Shown: piece after piece, positions 39,880 through 49,258 of the stretch
How positions within the stretch are numbered: position 1 is the first letter of the stretch
Layout of the letters: the number at the start of each line of letters is the position of its first letter
NCBI GenBank assembly: GCA_965204375.1
Contig: OZ241986.1
Coordinates: 5,920,001 to 5,984,000, forward strand
Origin: Candidatus Latescibacterota bacterium
GTDB taxonomy: Bacteria > Latescibacterota > UBA2968
Direction: 5' to 3'
Length of the DNA stretch: 64,000 nucleotides
Notes under the pieces: generated by a model
The model's input: the letters and a program-made list of their open reading frames with translations, nothing else
Database searches by the model: none
Told to the model about the DNA's origin: nothing
Made by a program: the position numbers and the translations under genes

Positions 39880-41096
39880 TGACCTCTCTCCAAACGCGAT
39901 CCAATGAAACGGCATTCCACCTTCGGCGTGCCATAGAACGCCTGCGAGAAGGACTTTTTGATCCTGTTGCGGTTCGTCTGCTCACAGCCCGCGAAAGCCA
40001 TCTAAAAAAAATCATTGACCGCGATTTTCAACAACTCGGCCAGAATAAGCCAACCCATCTGTGCATCTGTGGGGCTTATGGGCAGGGCAAATCGCACAGT
40101 TTGAATTACATCCACGATCTGGCCCTGCGCGAAAATTTTGTAACCACCTTCATCAATTTAGATCCTCGAGAGATTCCCTTTCACGATATGCGACGGGTCT
40201 ATCAAGCACTCATTGCCCATCTAAAATTTCCAGATGTGGACACCGCATTGGCAGCGCGATGGCGCGCCTGGGCAAGTGACCTATCACGCGAAGACTTTGA
40301 GGACCGAGTCGCGCCGCTTTTGCAGCGGGAAATGCCGCACCTGTTCCGATCTGTCCTGACCGCGATGGCTCAAAAAACAATCTCCCTTTCAAAGCGACAG
40401 CGCGGCACTAAAAAACACGCGGCATACCGCCCGCGCGAATTTCCCTACCTGCTTTCCCGCGCACTTTCAGGTGATGTGGTGCCAGTCTATCGCTTGCGCC
40501 ACGCGCTCAAATACCGACAGGTTGATTTTTACAATGATACATCGCTCACCTGTAAAGGTGCAGAACCCTACCTGCAAGTAATTCGCGGATTGGGGCGGCT
40601 TTTTCAATTGATGGGCTACCGCGGATGGGTGTTGCTGTTTGATGAGGGAGAATCGATCTCTCAAGTGCGCGTGACCAGCCGCAGTCGCAGTTATCAGAAT
40701 TTGGATCAGATGCTTTTCTCCGCCGTTCCATCCGCATCTATTTATCCGGTTTTTGCTTTTACAGACGACTTTTTTCAAAAAGTGGATGAAGAAGAATACG
40801 ACCGGGTGCGAATCCGCAATGAAGAGGAAATTCCGTATTTTGAGAAAGATTACGCCAGTGCATGGACAGATATGAAACGCTATCTACTTCACGATTTGTC
40901 TGCAAAAGAGTGGCACGCGTTGATCGAGAAGTTGATGCACTTACATGCTAAAGCCTATCAATGGCAGCCACTCAAGGCCGCTGTGCGGCGCGAAATGACC
41001 CGGCGATTATCTCGCATGCAAGGGCAGGAGACGCGCTATCGACTCAAAGGTCTGGTCGATGAATTAGACCTCGCCCATCAAGCTCAAATTTCGTAA
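39879..41096 (+). CDS. DUF2791/BrxD-like P-loop ATPase (copy 2, divergent)
   Basis: TGATG coupling; 'AIERLREG', Walker A GAYGQGKS, Walker B 'GWVLLFDEGE', 'HAKAYQW', 'R..LKGLVDELD'. Confidence 0.8.
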   Translation: MTSLQTRSNETAFHLRRAIERLREGLFDPVAVRLLTARESHLKKIIDRDFQQLGQNKPTHLCICGAYGQGKSHSLNYIHDLALRENFVTTFINLDPREIPFHDMRRVYQALIAHLKFPDVDTALAARWRAWASDLSREDFEDRVAPLLQREMPHLFRSVLTAMAQKTISLSKRQRGTKKHAAYRPREFPYLLSRALSGDVVPVYRLRHALKYRQVDFYNDTSLTCKGAEPYLQVIRGLGRLFQLMGYRGWVLLFDEGESISQVRVTSRSRSYQNLDQMLFSAVPSASIYPVFAFTDDFFQKVDEEEYDRVRIRNEEEIPYFEKDYASAWTDMKRYLLHDLSAKEWHALIEKLMHLHAKAYQWQPLKAAVRREMTRRLSRMQGQETRYRLKGLVDELDLAHQAQIS

Positions 41097-41101
41097 CCTC
41101 C

Positions 41102-44100
41102 ATGTCTGAATCCATCTCTCCACTGCGCCAATTGCCCAATGCCTATCGCGCATTTTACGGCTCTTTTCCCTATCTCTATCCCTTTCAAAAGCAAAGTATT
41201 GAACCGATCTTACAAGGCAAAGACCTGATCTTGCAATCGGCGACCGGCTCTGGCAAAACCGAAGCCGTGCTGGCGCCGTGCATTGAGCGCATTATCCAGT
41301 CGGGGCGGCAACACACCGCGCTTTATGTGGTTCCCACACGGGCCTTGGCCGTAGATTTAGAACGCCGTCTCACACCTGTATTGAAGGATAGACTCGGCCT
41401 GCAAATGGGGATACGCACGGGCGATTTCAAACGGGCGGGCGGGGCACTGCCCGATCTGTTATTGACGACGCCCGAATCTTTTGACGTGCTCTTGGGCAGT
41501 TCAAATGCGGATTTGAAATATTTTGTCCAGCGCATTCGCACGGTCATTATCGATGAAGCACATCCCCTCATTCACCAGTATCGCGGGCGGCAATTGGCCT
41601 ATTTGCTCACGCGCTTGCAACGCCGCATCGCCGCTCCCGTGCAAAAGATCGCCCTTTCCGCCACGCTCGCTGATGTCGAGGAGGTTGCCCGTTTTTTTGG
41701 CTTTCGACCCGATACCGTCTTTCTGACTGAATCTGTCCAACGCGATATCGTCCCCCATATTGTCCATCTCAAAAACGACGCAGTCGAACTCGTAGCACTC
41801 TTAAACGATCTCTACGAAACCTACGAGTATCGCAAAATTTTGTTGTTTGCCAACAGCCGAGGATGTTGTGATCGGCTGTTTTCTCTTTTGTCGCGTCAAG
41901 GCGCGTTTCAAGGTGTTACCGACCTCCACTACTCCAACCTGAAGGCCAGCACGCGTCGCGCCGTAGAATACCGATTTCGCCGCCGCGAACACGCCCTTTG
42001 CATTGCCACGAGCACACTCGAACTCGGCATTGATATCGGCGATGTGGATAGCGTTTTGCTCTACGAACCGCCGGATGCCACATCGGCTTTTCTCCAGCGC
42101 ATTGGTCGCTCCAACAGGCGGGAGGGGCGCACGCACTTTTGGGGGATATGCCGAGGCGCAGATGCACAGACGCAATTGCTCAGATTTTTGGGCATGCTGA
42201 ACATGGCGCGCCGCGGCCATATTGAAACACCACAACCCAAAACCCTGCCCAGCGTTCTCGTCCAGCAAATGCTCTCCTGCTTGTACGAAAAGAAAACCAT
42301 CACGCAGTCTGCTCTTTGCGATTTGTTTCCCGATCAGCGGGACATGATCGCCCATTTGTTTGAGGCGATGGCGCGGCAACAGTGGTTGCGAAAAGATCGC
42401 GTCACGGGTCTTTTTAAGGGGGGACGACGCTATCGCGATTATTTTTTAGAACGGCGTATTTGGAGCAATTTCCCCGAGACCGAAGAGGATTATGTGCTGG
42501 AATTTGCGGGCGAAGCCATTGCAGATTTGCCCAAATTCATCGTTCGACAATTGGAACTCGATGACCGCGTGCAACTGACGGGCAAGCGATTGCGCGTTTT
42601 GAATATTGAAACGGGTGAACGCAAAAGAGTGATTGCCCAACCGACAGATCGAATAGACGAGAAAGAGCTTTTCTGGCTGGGTGCGGGATTTCGGGTGTCT
42701 TATGAAGTCGCACAATCGGTTCGAGATATTCTTCATAAGGATACCGAAAAAAGCGCGTTGGGCCTGTTTTCTCGCACGCGAAAATTGCTCAACGATGCAG
42801 CGAGAAGTCTGAAGCGCACGGTTGTTTTGCACAATAGCATTGAAGTTGAACGCAGTTTGGGCGGCCTGTATCGCTATCGCACCTATCTCGGTTCTGTGGG
42901 CAATCTCGTGTTACAGTGGATCATTGAACGCGAGTATGGCGATCTGGAAGATTTTACGGTGACTTCAGATAGTATCGGTATAGACTGTTCTCATTGGGTC
43001 AATTTTCAAGCACTCCCTCTCCCGCAAGATCGCGAAGACTTTGCCCACTGGGTGAAAGAACACCTGGAATCCCTGTACAGCCTGTTTCCTCTCAATGCCT
43101 TTTGTGAGGTATTGCCCCGCGCCCTGTTGGTCGAAGAAATCGCGGATTTTCTTTTTGATCCGCGCGTTGCCAAAACCTTCCAGCACTATCTAAAACGTCC
43201 TTCGGAAATCGCGTCTGGTGATCCCGCTCTGCTCGCGGAAACTATTTACGAGATCGAATCTCACGCGGTTTTTCTCGATACCAAAATACAAACAGATCTG
43301 CTCACCTGGGAAAGACAGCGGTGGCACGCGGACCGACACACAGCATCCGACATGCACTATCGCCCGAGGTCGCTTACGGGCACGATGGTGGGCGCGTATT
43401 TTTTGCACCATCAATGTGAACGCTGGTTGGCCCTCAATTTTGTACCCGCTGAACAAACCCAATGGCGAGATAGCGATACAGACTTGAACGCGCTTCGGAT
43501 GGAACGGGGAAATCTGCACGAAAAACAGGTGCTGAATCGCATTCGGGAGGTCAATGTTTTGCACGAAGTGGCGGCGTTTGACCACATGGGTAGGCGACTT
43601 TCCCTGAAATCGCGATTTGAAACCACCCTCGCGCTGTTAAGAGACACAGACGCAATTTCCGATCAATCGACATTTTTGTTTCAAGCCGTCCTGATCCAGC
43701 CATCTGTTTTGGGGCAACAAGACCACTGGATGAGCCATGTAAATGGCATCGGCATTCCCGATCTCATCCGCATTTCAAAAGCAGACCGCGGCGTTGTGTT
43801 GCAAGTGGGCGACATCAAGAACAGCCGCAGGCCCTACGAGACACAGAAGTGGCAGGTTGCATTTTACGCCTATATACTCGACCGCGTGATCGCGCAACAC
43901 GAGTTGCCCATGCGCGTGGCGTCTTCGGGGTTTCTGATGCTGCGTTCCAAAGGGGTAGACGGATCACCCGAACCACATGTTTTTGATCTCGAACCCTACC
44001 TGACGGCCCTTCAGATGATGTTTCGAAATATGAACAGCGTATTGCAACGCGCCCCAGCCCGCGCGCGTTATCACCTCCAAACCCACTGTACGACGTGCCC

Positions 44101-46768
44101 CAATTTTGAGGCGTGTTATCGGGATGCACTTCAAGAGGATATTCAGCTTGTGCCGCATTTGAGCGCGGGTGCGCTGCAAAAGTTTCGCCAATGCGATCTC
44201 AAAACCATCGCATCTGCCCATGCGTGGTTTGAATCTGTTTCCGTTTCAGGGGACGATCTTTTCAGCCCACACCAGAAAACACAACTTTCGGGCCAACTCG
44301 CCGCGCTACAAGCAAATAAAATCGGTCTGAAGGACGAACAAACGCGGTCTTATCCGAGTAATTTATCCACAGCCATTTTCATACACATCGCAGAAGACCC
44401 CGTTTCGGGACACCCACGCGCGATAGGTTGGCGCGCCCTGCAGGGGAAAACGGTGGTCGAGAGCCAGATCCTCGAGGTCGCATCAGAGGGCGAGTTGCCA
44501 GAGGCGTTGCGGGATTTCACGGCGCGTTTTTTGTCCGTCTGGAATCGAGGTATCAAAGACGGACGAGGGCCACATGTTTTCCACTTTGGAACGCGCTGCT
44601 GGCAGACTTTTGAGGATTGGTGCGAGGGATCAGAAGATCTGTCTTTTTTGTTTTTGCCCCATCGCAACCACCGCACAGATTTGCAAAAGCTGATTGCTTC
44701 GCAATTCGATTTTCCCATGCCGGGCAATCCCACGCTTTTCGCACTCAACCGCCTGTTGGGTCTCAATGCCGAACTCAATGAGCCGCAAAGTCTGTTTCAT
44801 TTTGATGATGGCGAAGGGATACAAGAAGAAAAAATGGTCGAATATCTCAACACCGTATTGCGCTTGCAAATATCGCTGTGGCAATGGGTGTCTTCGCACT
44901 TGACGAGCGCGTGGGAAAAGGGCGAATGGGATCCCGCGATGGATGATATGCAGAGCACACAAACGGCCTATTTGAATTTTCTGTCCGAGGAGCGGCGGCT
45001 CCGCGAAGAAGATGTGCTCGCCGTACAAGCCCTTCCCCTGTCTGAGCGCGTGGAACGCTTTCGCGCCCTGGGCCCCATCCGTTTTCAAAAAACGACGCTC
45101 GACGACGAAGGCCGTTTTCTCTATGAATTTCAGATTGTACCAGAAACCGGCCTCTCAAAATTCCGCGCAGGCGATTTTCTCAAACTCGCGCCCATTGGCC
45201 TGTCAGATGTGCAAAACGGTTTGCCCGTCATCCTTACAGATCACAGCTCAGAGCACTTGTCGGTGCAATCTCGGCAGGGGCGATTGGCCTTAAATCCGAG
45301 GCTTATGTATTCTCTGGAAGAGGATTTGACCGATTGGAATGGCCCCCGGTTGGTTCACGCTGTTCAGACCGTTTTTTCGGAAGACCGCGTGCATCCCCTG
45401 TCACAACTTCTGTCCGGCAACTGGCAGGCGGCGCGAGAACCCGATGCGTTGAGATGGGTGCAAAATTGGATGCGCGGATTTGGCGCGATAGCAGGACTCA
45501 ATGAGACGCAACAACAGGCACTATCATTGCCTTTTACACATCGCTTGAGCCTGATTGAAGGGCCGCCTGGAACGGGCAAAACGCACTTGTTGGGTTGGAT
45601 ACTCATTGCATTGATCCTGCATGCTCAAGAAGAGAGCAGGCCGTTGCGGATTGCCGTCAGCGCGTTGACGCATCAGGCCATTGACCAGGTGCTCGCCAAA
45701 GTGGTCGCGCTCGTGGAAGAACACGGCTTGCAAGGCTTTCCCGCACGATGCTTCAAATTGGGACGGTGGGATTTGACAGAGCACGGGGTAGAACCTTTAG
45801 AGGATGTAGAAACACTCGCAGAGTCTTCTTATGCGATTTTGGGTGCCACGGGATTTGGCCTCTATCAGCTTTTTGAAGGTCACAAGGGAACTTTCCCACA
45901 GGTGTTTGATTGGGTTGTATTCGATGAGGCATCCCAGATGCTCATTCCCCAGGCCCTGTTGAGCTTGCTCTATGGCAAGGGGAATTTCCTCTTTGCCGGA
46001 GACACCAAACAATTGCCACCCATTGTCCTGTCAGATCGCAAGGAGGAAAATGGCACACACCATTCCGCGCTGTCTTATCTGCTCAGTCAATACGACTCTG
46101 CCCACCGCGTCCGCCTGGATCGCACGTATCGAATGAACGAAGACCTGTGCTCTTTTCCCAGTCACATGTGGTATGATGGCGAACTTCGCGCAGACGCTGG
46201 CAATGCGCTAAACCGCCTCGCGCTGCAATACACCGACCACCGCGACCTGTTAGATCGCGTTCTCGACCCGGCAAAACCGGTCGTACTCCTCATCGTAGAT
46301 CACCGCGGTCACCACCAGAAATCCGATGAAGAAATCGAGATCACAACCCAACTCGCCCATCGGTTGATCGCCGAACACGGTTTGGATGCCGATCAAATCG
46401 CCCTGATTTCTCCCCACCGCGCACAAAATAACGCCACCGCTGACAGCCTTGCAAAGCGACTGGGCGATGCCAATGCCAAATTGCCCTTGATCGATACGGT
46501 AGAACGCGTTCAGGGCGCGGAACGCGATGTCATTTTGTATGCTTTCACCACATCTGATCCCGACTATGTCACCAGTCCATTTTTGAACAATCCCAATCGC
46601 TTTAATGTGGCGATCACACGCGCCAGACAAAAGTTGATTGTGGTGGGCAGTCAGGCATTTTTCTCTGCCATTCCACAATCAGAGGACGCATTAAAAGCCA
46701 ACCGATGTTTCAAGGCGTTTTACGAATTTTGTCGAGAACGAGAGAGTTTGTTTTTTTGGAGTGGTTAG
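41102..46768 (+). CDS. Fusion of Lhr/BrxHI-like SF2 DEAH helicase, 4-Cys PD-(D/E)xK (TM0106/RecB/Cas4-like) nuclease and Dna2/Upf1-like SF1 helicase (1888 aa)
   Basis: SF2: SATGSGKT, PTRAL, TTPES, DEAH, SAT, ATSTLELGIDIG, QRIGRSNR. Nuclease: QCER..GNLHE..GIPDLI..GDIK..QVAFY..CTTCPNFEAC. SF1: LNETQ, GPPGTGKT, DEASQ, GDTKQLPP, YRM, TVERVQGAE, NVAITRAR. Confidence 0.88.
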   Translation: MSESISPLRQLPNAYRAFYGSFPYLYPFQKQSIEPILQGKDLILQSATGSGKTEAVLAPCIERIIQSGRQHTALYVVPTRALAVDLERRLTPVLKDRLGLQMGIRTGDFKRAGGALPDLLLTTPESFDVLLGSSNADLKYFVQRIRTVIIDEAHPLIHQYRGRQLAYLLTRLQRRIAAPVQKIALSATLADVEEVARFFGFRPDTVFLTESVQRDIVPHIVHLKNDAVELVALLNDLYETYEYRKILLFANSRGCCDRLFSLLSRQGAFQGVTDLHYSNLKASTRRAVEYRFRRREHALCIATSTLELGIDIGDVDSVLLYEPPDATSAFLQRIGRSNRREGRTHFWGICRGADAQTQLLRFLGMLNMARRGHIETPQPKTLPSVLVQQMLSCLYEKKTITQSALCDLFPDQRDMIAHLFEAMARQQWLRKDRVTGLFKGGRRYRDYFLERRIWSNFPETEEDYVLEFAGEAIADLPKFIVRQLELDDRVQLTGKRLRVLNIETGERKRVIAQPTDRIDEKELFWLGAGFRVSYEVAQSVRDILHKDTEKSALGLFSRTRKLLNDAARSLKRTVVLHNSIEVERSLGGLYRYRTYLGSVGNLVLQWIIEREYGDLEDFTVTSDSIGIDCSHWVNFQALPLPQDREDFAHWVKEHLESLYSLFPLNAFCEVLPRALLVEEIADFLFDPRVAKTFQHYLKRPSEIASGDPALLAETIYEIESHAVFLDTKIQTDLLTWERQRWHADRHTASDMHYRPRSLTGTMVGAYFLHHQCERWLALNFVPAEQTQWRDSDTDLNALRMERGNLHEKQVLNRIREVNVLHEVAAFDHMGRRLSLKSRFETTLALLRDTDAISDQSTFLFQAVLIQPSVLGQQDHWMSHVNGIGIPDLIRISKADRGVVLQVGDIKNSRRPYETQKWQVAFYAYILDRVIAQHELPMRVASSGFLMLRSKGVDGSPEPHVFDLEPYLTALQMMFRNMNSVLQRAPARARYHLQTHCTTCPNFEACYRDALQEDIQLVPHLSAGALQKFRQCDLKTIASAHAWFESVSVSGDDLFSPHQKTQLSGQLAALQANKIGLKDEQTRSYPSNLSTAIFIHIAEDPVSGHPRAIGWRALQGKTVVESQILEVASEGELPEALRDFTARFLSVWNRGIKDGRGPHVFHFGTRCWQTFEDWCEGSEDLSFLFLPHRNHRTDLQKLIASQFDFPMPGNPTLFALNRLLGLNAELNEPQSLFHFDDGEGIQEEKMVEYLNTVLRLQISLWQWVSSHLTSAWEKGEWDPAMDDMQSTQTAYLNFLSEERRLREEDVLAVQALPLSERVERFRALGPIRFQKTTLDDEGRFLYEFQIVPETGLSKFRAGDFLKLAPIGLSDVQNGLPVILTDHSSEHLSVQSRQGRLALNPRLMYSLEEDLTDWNGPRLVHAVQTVFSEDRVHPLSQLLSGNWQAAREPDALRWVQNWMRGFGAIAGLNETQQQALSLPFTHRLSLIEGPPGTGKTHLLGWILIALILHAQEESRPLRIAVSALTHQAIDQVLAKVVALVEEHGLQGFPARCFKLGRWDLTEHGVEPLEDVETLAESSYAILGATGFGLYQLFEGHKGTFPQVFDWVVFDEASQMLIPQALLSLLYGKGNFLFAGDTKQLPPIVLSDRKEENGTHHSALSYLLSQYDSAHRVRLDRTYRMNEDLCSFPSHMWYDGELRADAGNALNRLALQYTDHRDLLDRVLDPAKPVVLLIVDHRGHHQKSDEEIEITTQLAHRLIAEHGLDADQIALISPHRAQNNATADSLAKRLGDANAKLPLIDTVERVQGAERDVILYAFTTSDPDYVTSPFLNNPNRFNVAITRARQKLIVVGSQAFFSAIPQSEDALKANRCFKAFYEFCRERESLFFWSG

Positions 46769-47048
46769 TGGTTAGTCCGCCCAACTCCCAGTCTCAAGTA
46801 TTCAGCCCCTTCTTTGCCTTTCTTTATGTCTTCGTGTCTTTGTGTGAAGCCCTCGCACCCCGCACTTCCCCTGCACATTTTGTTCTCTCCGAACTACCTA
46901 TTGTGAATAGATCGTTCAACACATGTCCGCTTTGATATGATGTAAATTTTTTTAAAACAATGAGTTATTGTTTTAAGTAGTTCTGGCACGTTCCTTGCCT
47001 GATTCTATTGCTTCTTTCAGCAGGTTCCTTTCAGGCAAGGAGGTTTTG

Positions 47049-48587
47049 ATGACTTCGCGTGTGTTGAGTTGTGCAACGCTGGGTATTGATGCGTATATCG
47101 TGCATATTGAGGCGGATATTTCGCGTCGGCTTCCCGCATTTTCAGTGGTGGGACTGCCCGATAGTACGGTGAAGGAGAGTCGGGATCGGGTGATGGCTGC
47201 GATTAAAAATGCCGGGCGAACATTTCCAACCAATCGGATTACGGTGAATTTGGCACCGGCAGATATCCGAAAGGAAGGCTCGGCATTTGATTTGCCGATT
47301 GCCATAGGTATTATTGCCGCGATGGGCGATTCAATTTCCCCCGAGAAACTGTCGCAATATCTCATTTTGGGTGAGTTGGCTTTAGATGGCACGGTGCGGC
47401 CCGTGCGCGGGGCGCTGTCAATGGCTGTGGAAGCCAAAAAGGCTGGCTTAAAAGGGTTGCTCGTCCCTGTGGAGAATGCTCAAGAGGCGGCGATTACAGG
47501 CGGGGTAGATGTTTTGCCGGTGTGCGATTTGAGTGAGGCACTGGATTTTTTCGAGGGGTATTGCGATATCATGCCCTTTGAAATCAATAGCAAGGCGATT
47601 TTTCGGCAGGCGCGGATGCATCGGGTGGATTTTAAGGATGTGCGCGGGCAAGAGCATGCAAAGCGTGCGCTGGAGGTGGCGGCGGCAGGCGCGCATAACG
47701 CGATTCTCATGGGGCCTCCCGGATCGGGTAAGACGATGCTTGCCAGGAGATTGCCGACCATTTTACCCGATCTGACGCTGGACGAGGCTCTGCAGACGAC
47801 AAAAATTCACTCGGTGGCGGGGTTGTTGCCGCCCGATACGGCACTGGTGGCGATAAGGCCCTTTCGCTCGCCACATCACACGATTTCAGATGCGGGGTTG
47901 ATCGGTGGCGGTCCCTATCCCCGGCCGGGAGAAGTGTCGCTGGCACATCACGGGGTGCTGTTTTTGGATGAGCTTCCCGAGTTCAAGAAACAGGTTTTGG
48001 AATCTCTCCGACAACCCATTGAGGATAGTTTTGTGACGATTGCACGCGCGGCGATGTCGCTTTCGTATCCCGCGCGGTTTATGCTCGTTTGTGCTATGAA
48101 TCCGTGCCCATGCGGGTATTTGGGCGATCCACACCACGAGTGTATTTGCTCGCCACCGGTGATCCAGCGCTATGTCAATCGGATCTCGGGACCGTTGATG
48201 GATCGCATTGATATTCACGTAGAAGCTCCGGCTGTGCAGTATGAAGAACTGGCCAATGAACCCGCTGGCGAGTCTTCAGCAGAGGTTCGCAAGCGCGTGC
48301 AAGACGCGCGGCATATACAATTGGAACGTTTTGCGGATTATAGAGATTTGTTTAGCAACGCGCATATGGGGTCGCGAGAGATTCGGATGTTTTGCAAAAT
48401 TGATGATAGGAGCGAGGAGTTGTTGCGGATGGCGATTACGCGATTGGGACTGTCGGCACGGGCGTATGATCGAATCCTGAAGGCGAGCCGCACGATAGCA
48501 GACCTGGAGGGCGAAGAGGATATCCAATCGCGCCATGTTGCCGAGGCAATTCAATACCGAAGTCTGGATAGACGATTGTGGGAGTAA
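47049..48587 (+). CDS. comM: YifB/ComM Mg-chelatase-like AAA+ ATPase
   Basis: 'VGLPDSTVKESRDRV', 'NLAPADIRKEG', GPPGSGKT, 'PFRSPHH', 'FLDELPEF', 'NPCPCG'. Confidence 0.93.
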   Translation: MTSRVLSCATLGIDAYIVHIEADISRRLPAFSVVGLPDSTVKESRDRVMAAIKNAGRTFPTNRITVNLAPADIRKEGSAFDLPIAIGIIAAMGDSISPEKLSQYLILGELALDGTVRPVRGALSMAVEAKKAGLKGLLVPVENAQEAAITGGVDVLPVCDLSEALDFFEGYCDIMPFEINSKAIFRQARMHRVDFKDVRGQEHAKRALEVAAAGAHNAILMGPPGSGKTMLARRLPTILPDLTLDEALQTTKIHSVAGLLPPDTALVAIRPFRSPHHTISDAGLIGGGPYPRPGEVSLAHHGVLFLDELPEFKKQVLESLRQPIEDSFVTIARAAMSLSYPARFMLVCAMNPCPCGYLGDPHHECICSPPVIQRYVNRISGPLMDRIDIHVEAPAVQYEELANEPAGESSAEVRKRVQDARHIQLERFADYRDLFSNAHMGSREIRMFCKIDDRSEELLRMAITRLGLSARAYDRILKASRTIADLEGEEDIQSRHVAEAIQYRSLDRRLWE

Positions 48588-48656
48588 TATTGCGATTGTA
48601 AAACGATGTCCATGACGGTATATTATGACATCAGGAGTATCGAAAAGGGGAAAACC

Positions 48657-48842
48657 ATGCAGATTCCAACACCAGGTGAAAAGCTGGCAGAGTATGACGC
48701 CCGCTTGTCCCGCATTGAAGGCATTGTTGAGCAAATGAACGTCCGCTTGACAGGGCTTGAAAGCGGTATCCGTTGGGTTATCGGAATCCAGATTACTACC
48801 TTGCTCAGTCTCGGAACGCTCATTCTGTTCAAACTTGGCTAA
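48657..48842 (+). CDS. Small coiled-coil protein with C-terminal TM (CCDC90/DUF1640-like architecture)
   Basis: 'ARLSRIEGIVEQMNVRLTGLESGIRWVIGIQITTLLSLG'. Confidence 0.6.
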   Translation: MQIPTPGEKLAEYDARLSRIEGIVEQMNVRLTGLESGIRWVIGIQITTLLSLGTLILFKLG

Positions 48843-48880
48843 TAAACTCATCTTGAGCAATGACAAACGAATCGTAAAAC

Positions 48881-48915
48881 AAAAAGCGGAGCTTTGAAAG
48901 ATGCTCCGCTTTTTT
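48881..48915. terminator. Bidirectional intrinsic terminator
   Basis: AAAAAGCGGAGC-loop-GCTCCGCTTTTTT between convergent genes. Confidence 0.8.
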
Positions 48916-48946
48916 GTATTCTACTCAATCTATTTGAGTTTTACCA

Positions 48947-49174
48947 TTAACCTCCCGACGCCATGAGAGCCTTTTCCGCTACTTCTGGCAAGTCAATAGG
49001 TACAAAGATGGACGATGGATAAAGGTAGCCATCAAGCTCTGATTTGTCTTCATCAATAATACGGGACAGGCCCTTGCTTTCTGCATCTGCATCTGGCAAT
49101 TTGCGATAGGCTTTGCCCACAATTAGACTTGCGGGATTACTTTCATTGCTGATACAAATTACAAAATCATTCAT
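48947..49174 (-). CDS. Small hypothetical protein (75 aa)
   Basis: AAGGG RBS; 'FVICISN..NPASLIVGKAY..LPD..AE...RIIDE..YLYP' looks like a real small-protein family. Confidence 0.65.
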   Translation of the reverse strand: MNDFVICISNESNPASLIVGKAYRKLPDADAESKGLSRIIDEDKSELDGYLYPSSIFVPIDLPEVAEKALMASGG

Positions 49175-49258
49175 TGAATTACCCTTTTAATTTTTCAAAA
49201 ATAGCGTGATTTTATAACAGAAACAAGTAGAATGTGTAACAAAGAACAAGGTCAATGC

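Noticed and set aside
43370-44120. Cas4 gene indicating CRISPR adaptation
   Set aside because: The Cas4-like motifs are an internal domain of the helicase fusion, with no cas1/cas2 or array.
37730-46768. Calling the operon a canonical BREX/Pgl or DISARM system
   Set aside because: No pglX, pglZ, brxC/pglY, pglW, methyltransferase or DUF1998 gene is visible in the window.
47049-48587. comM disrupted by an integrated island
   Set aside because: The ORF is full length with all motifs, and no integrase or att duplication was found.
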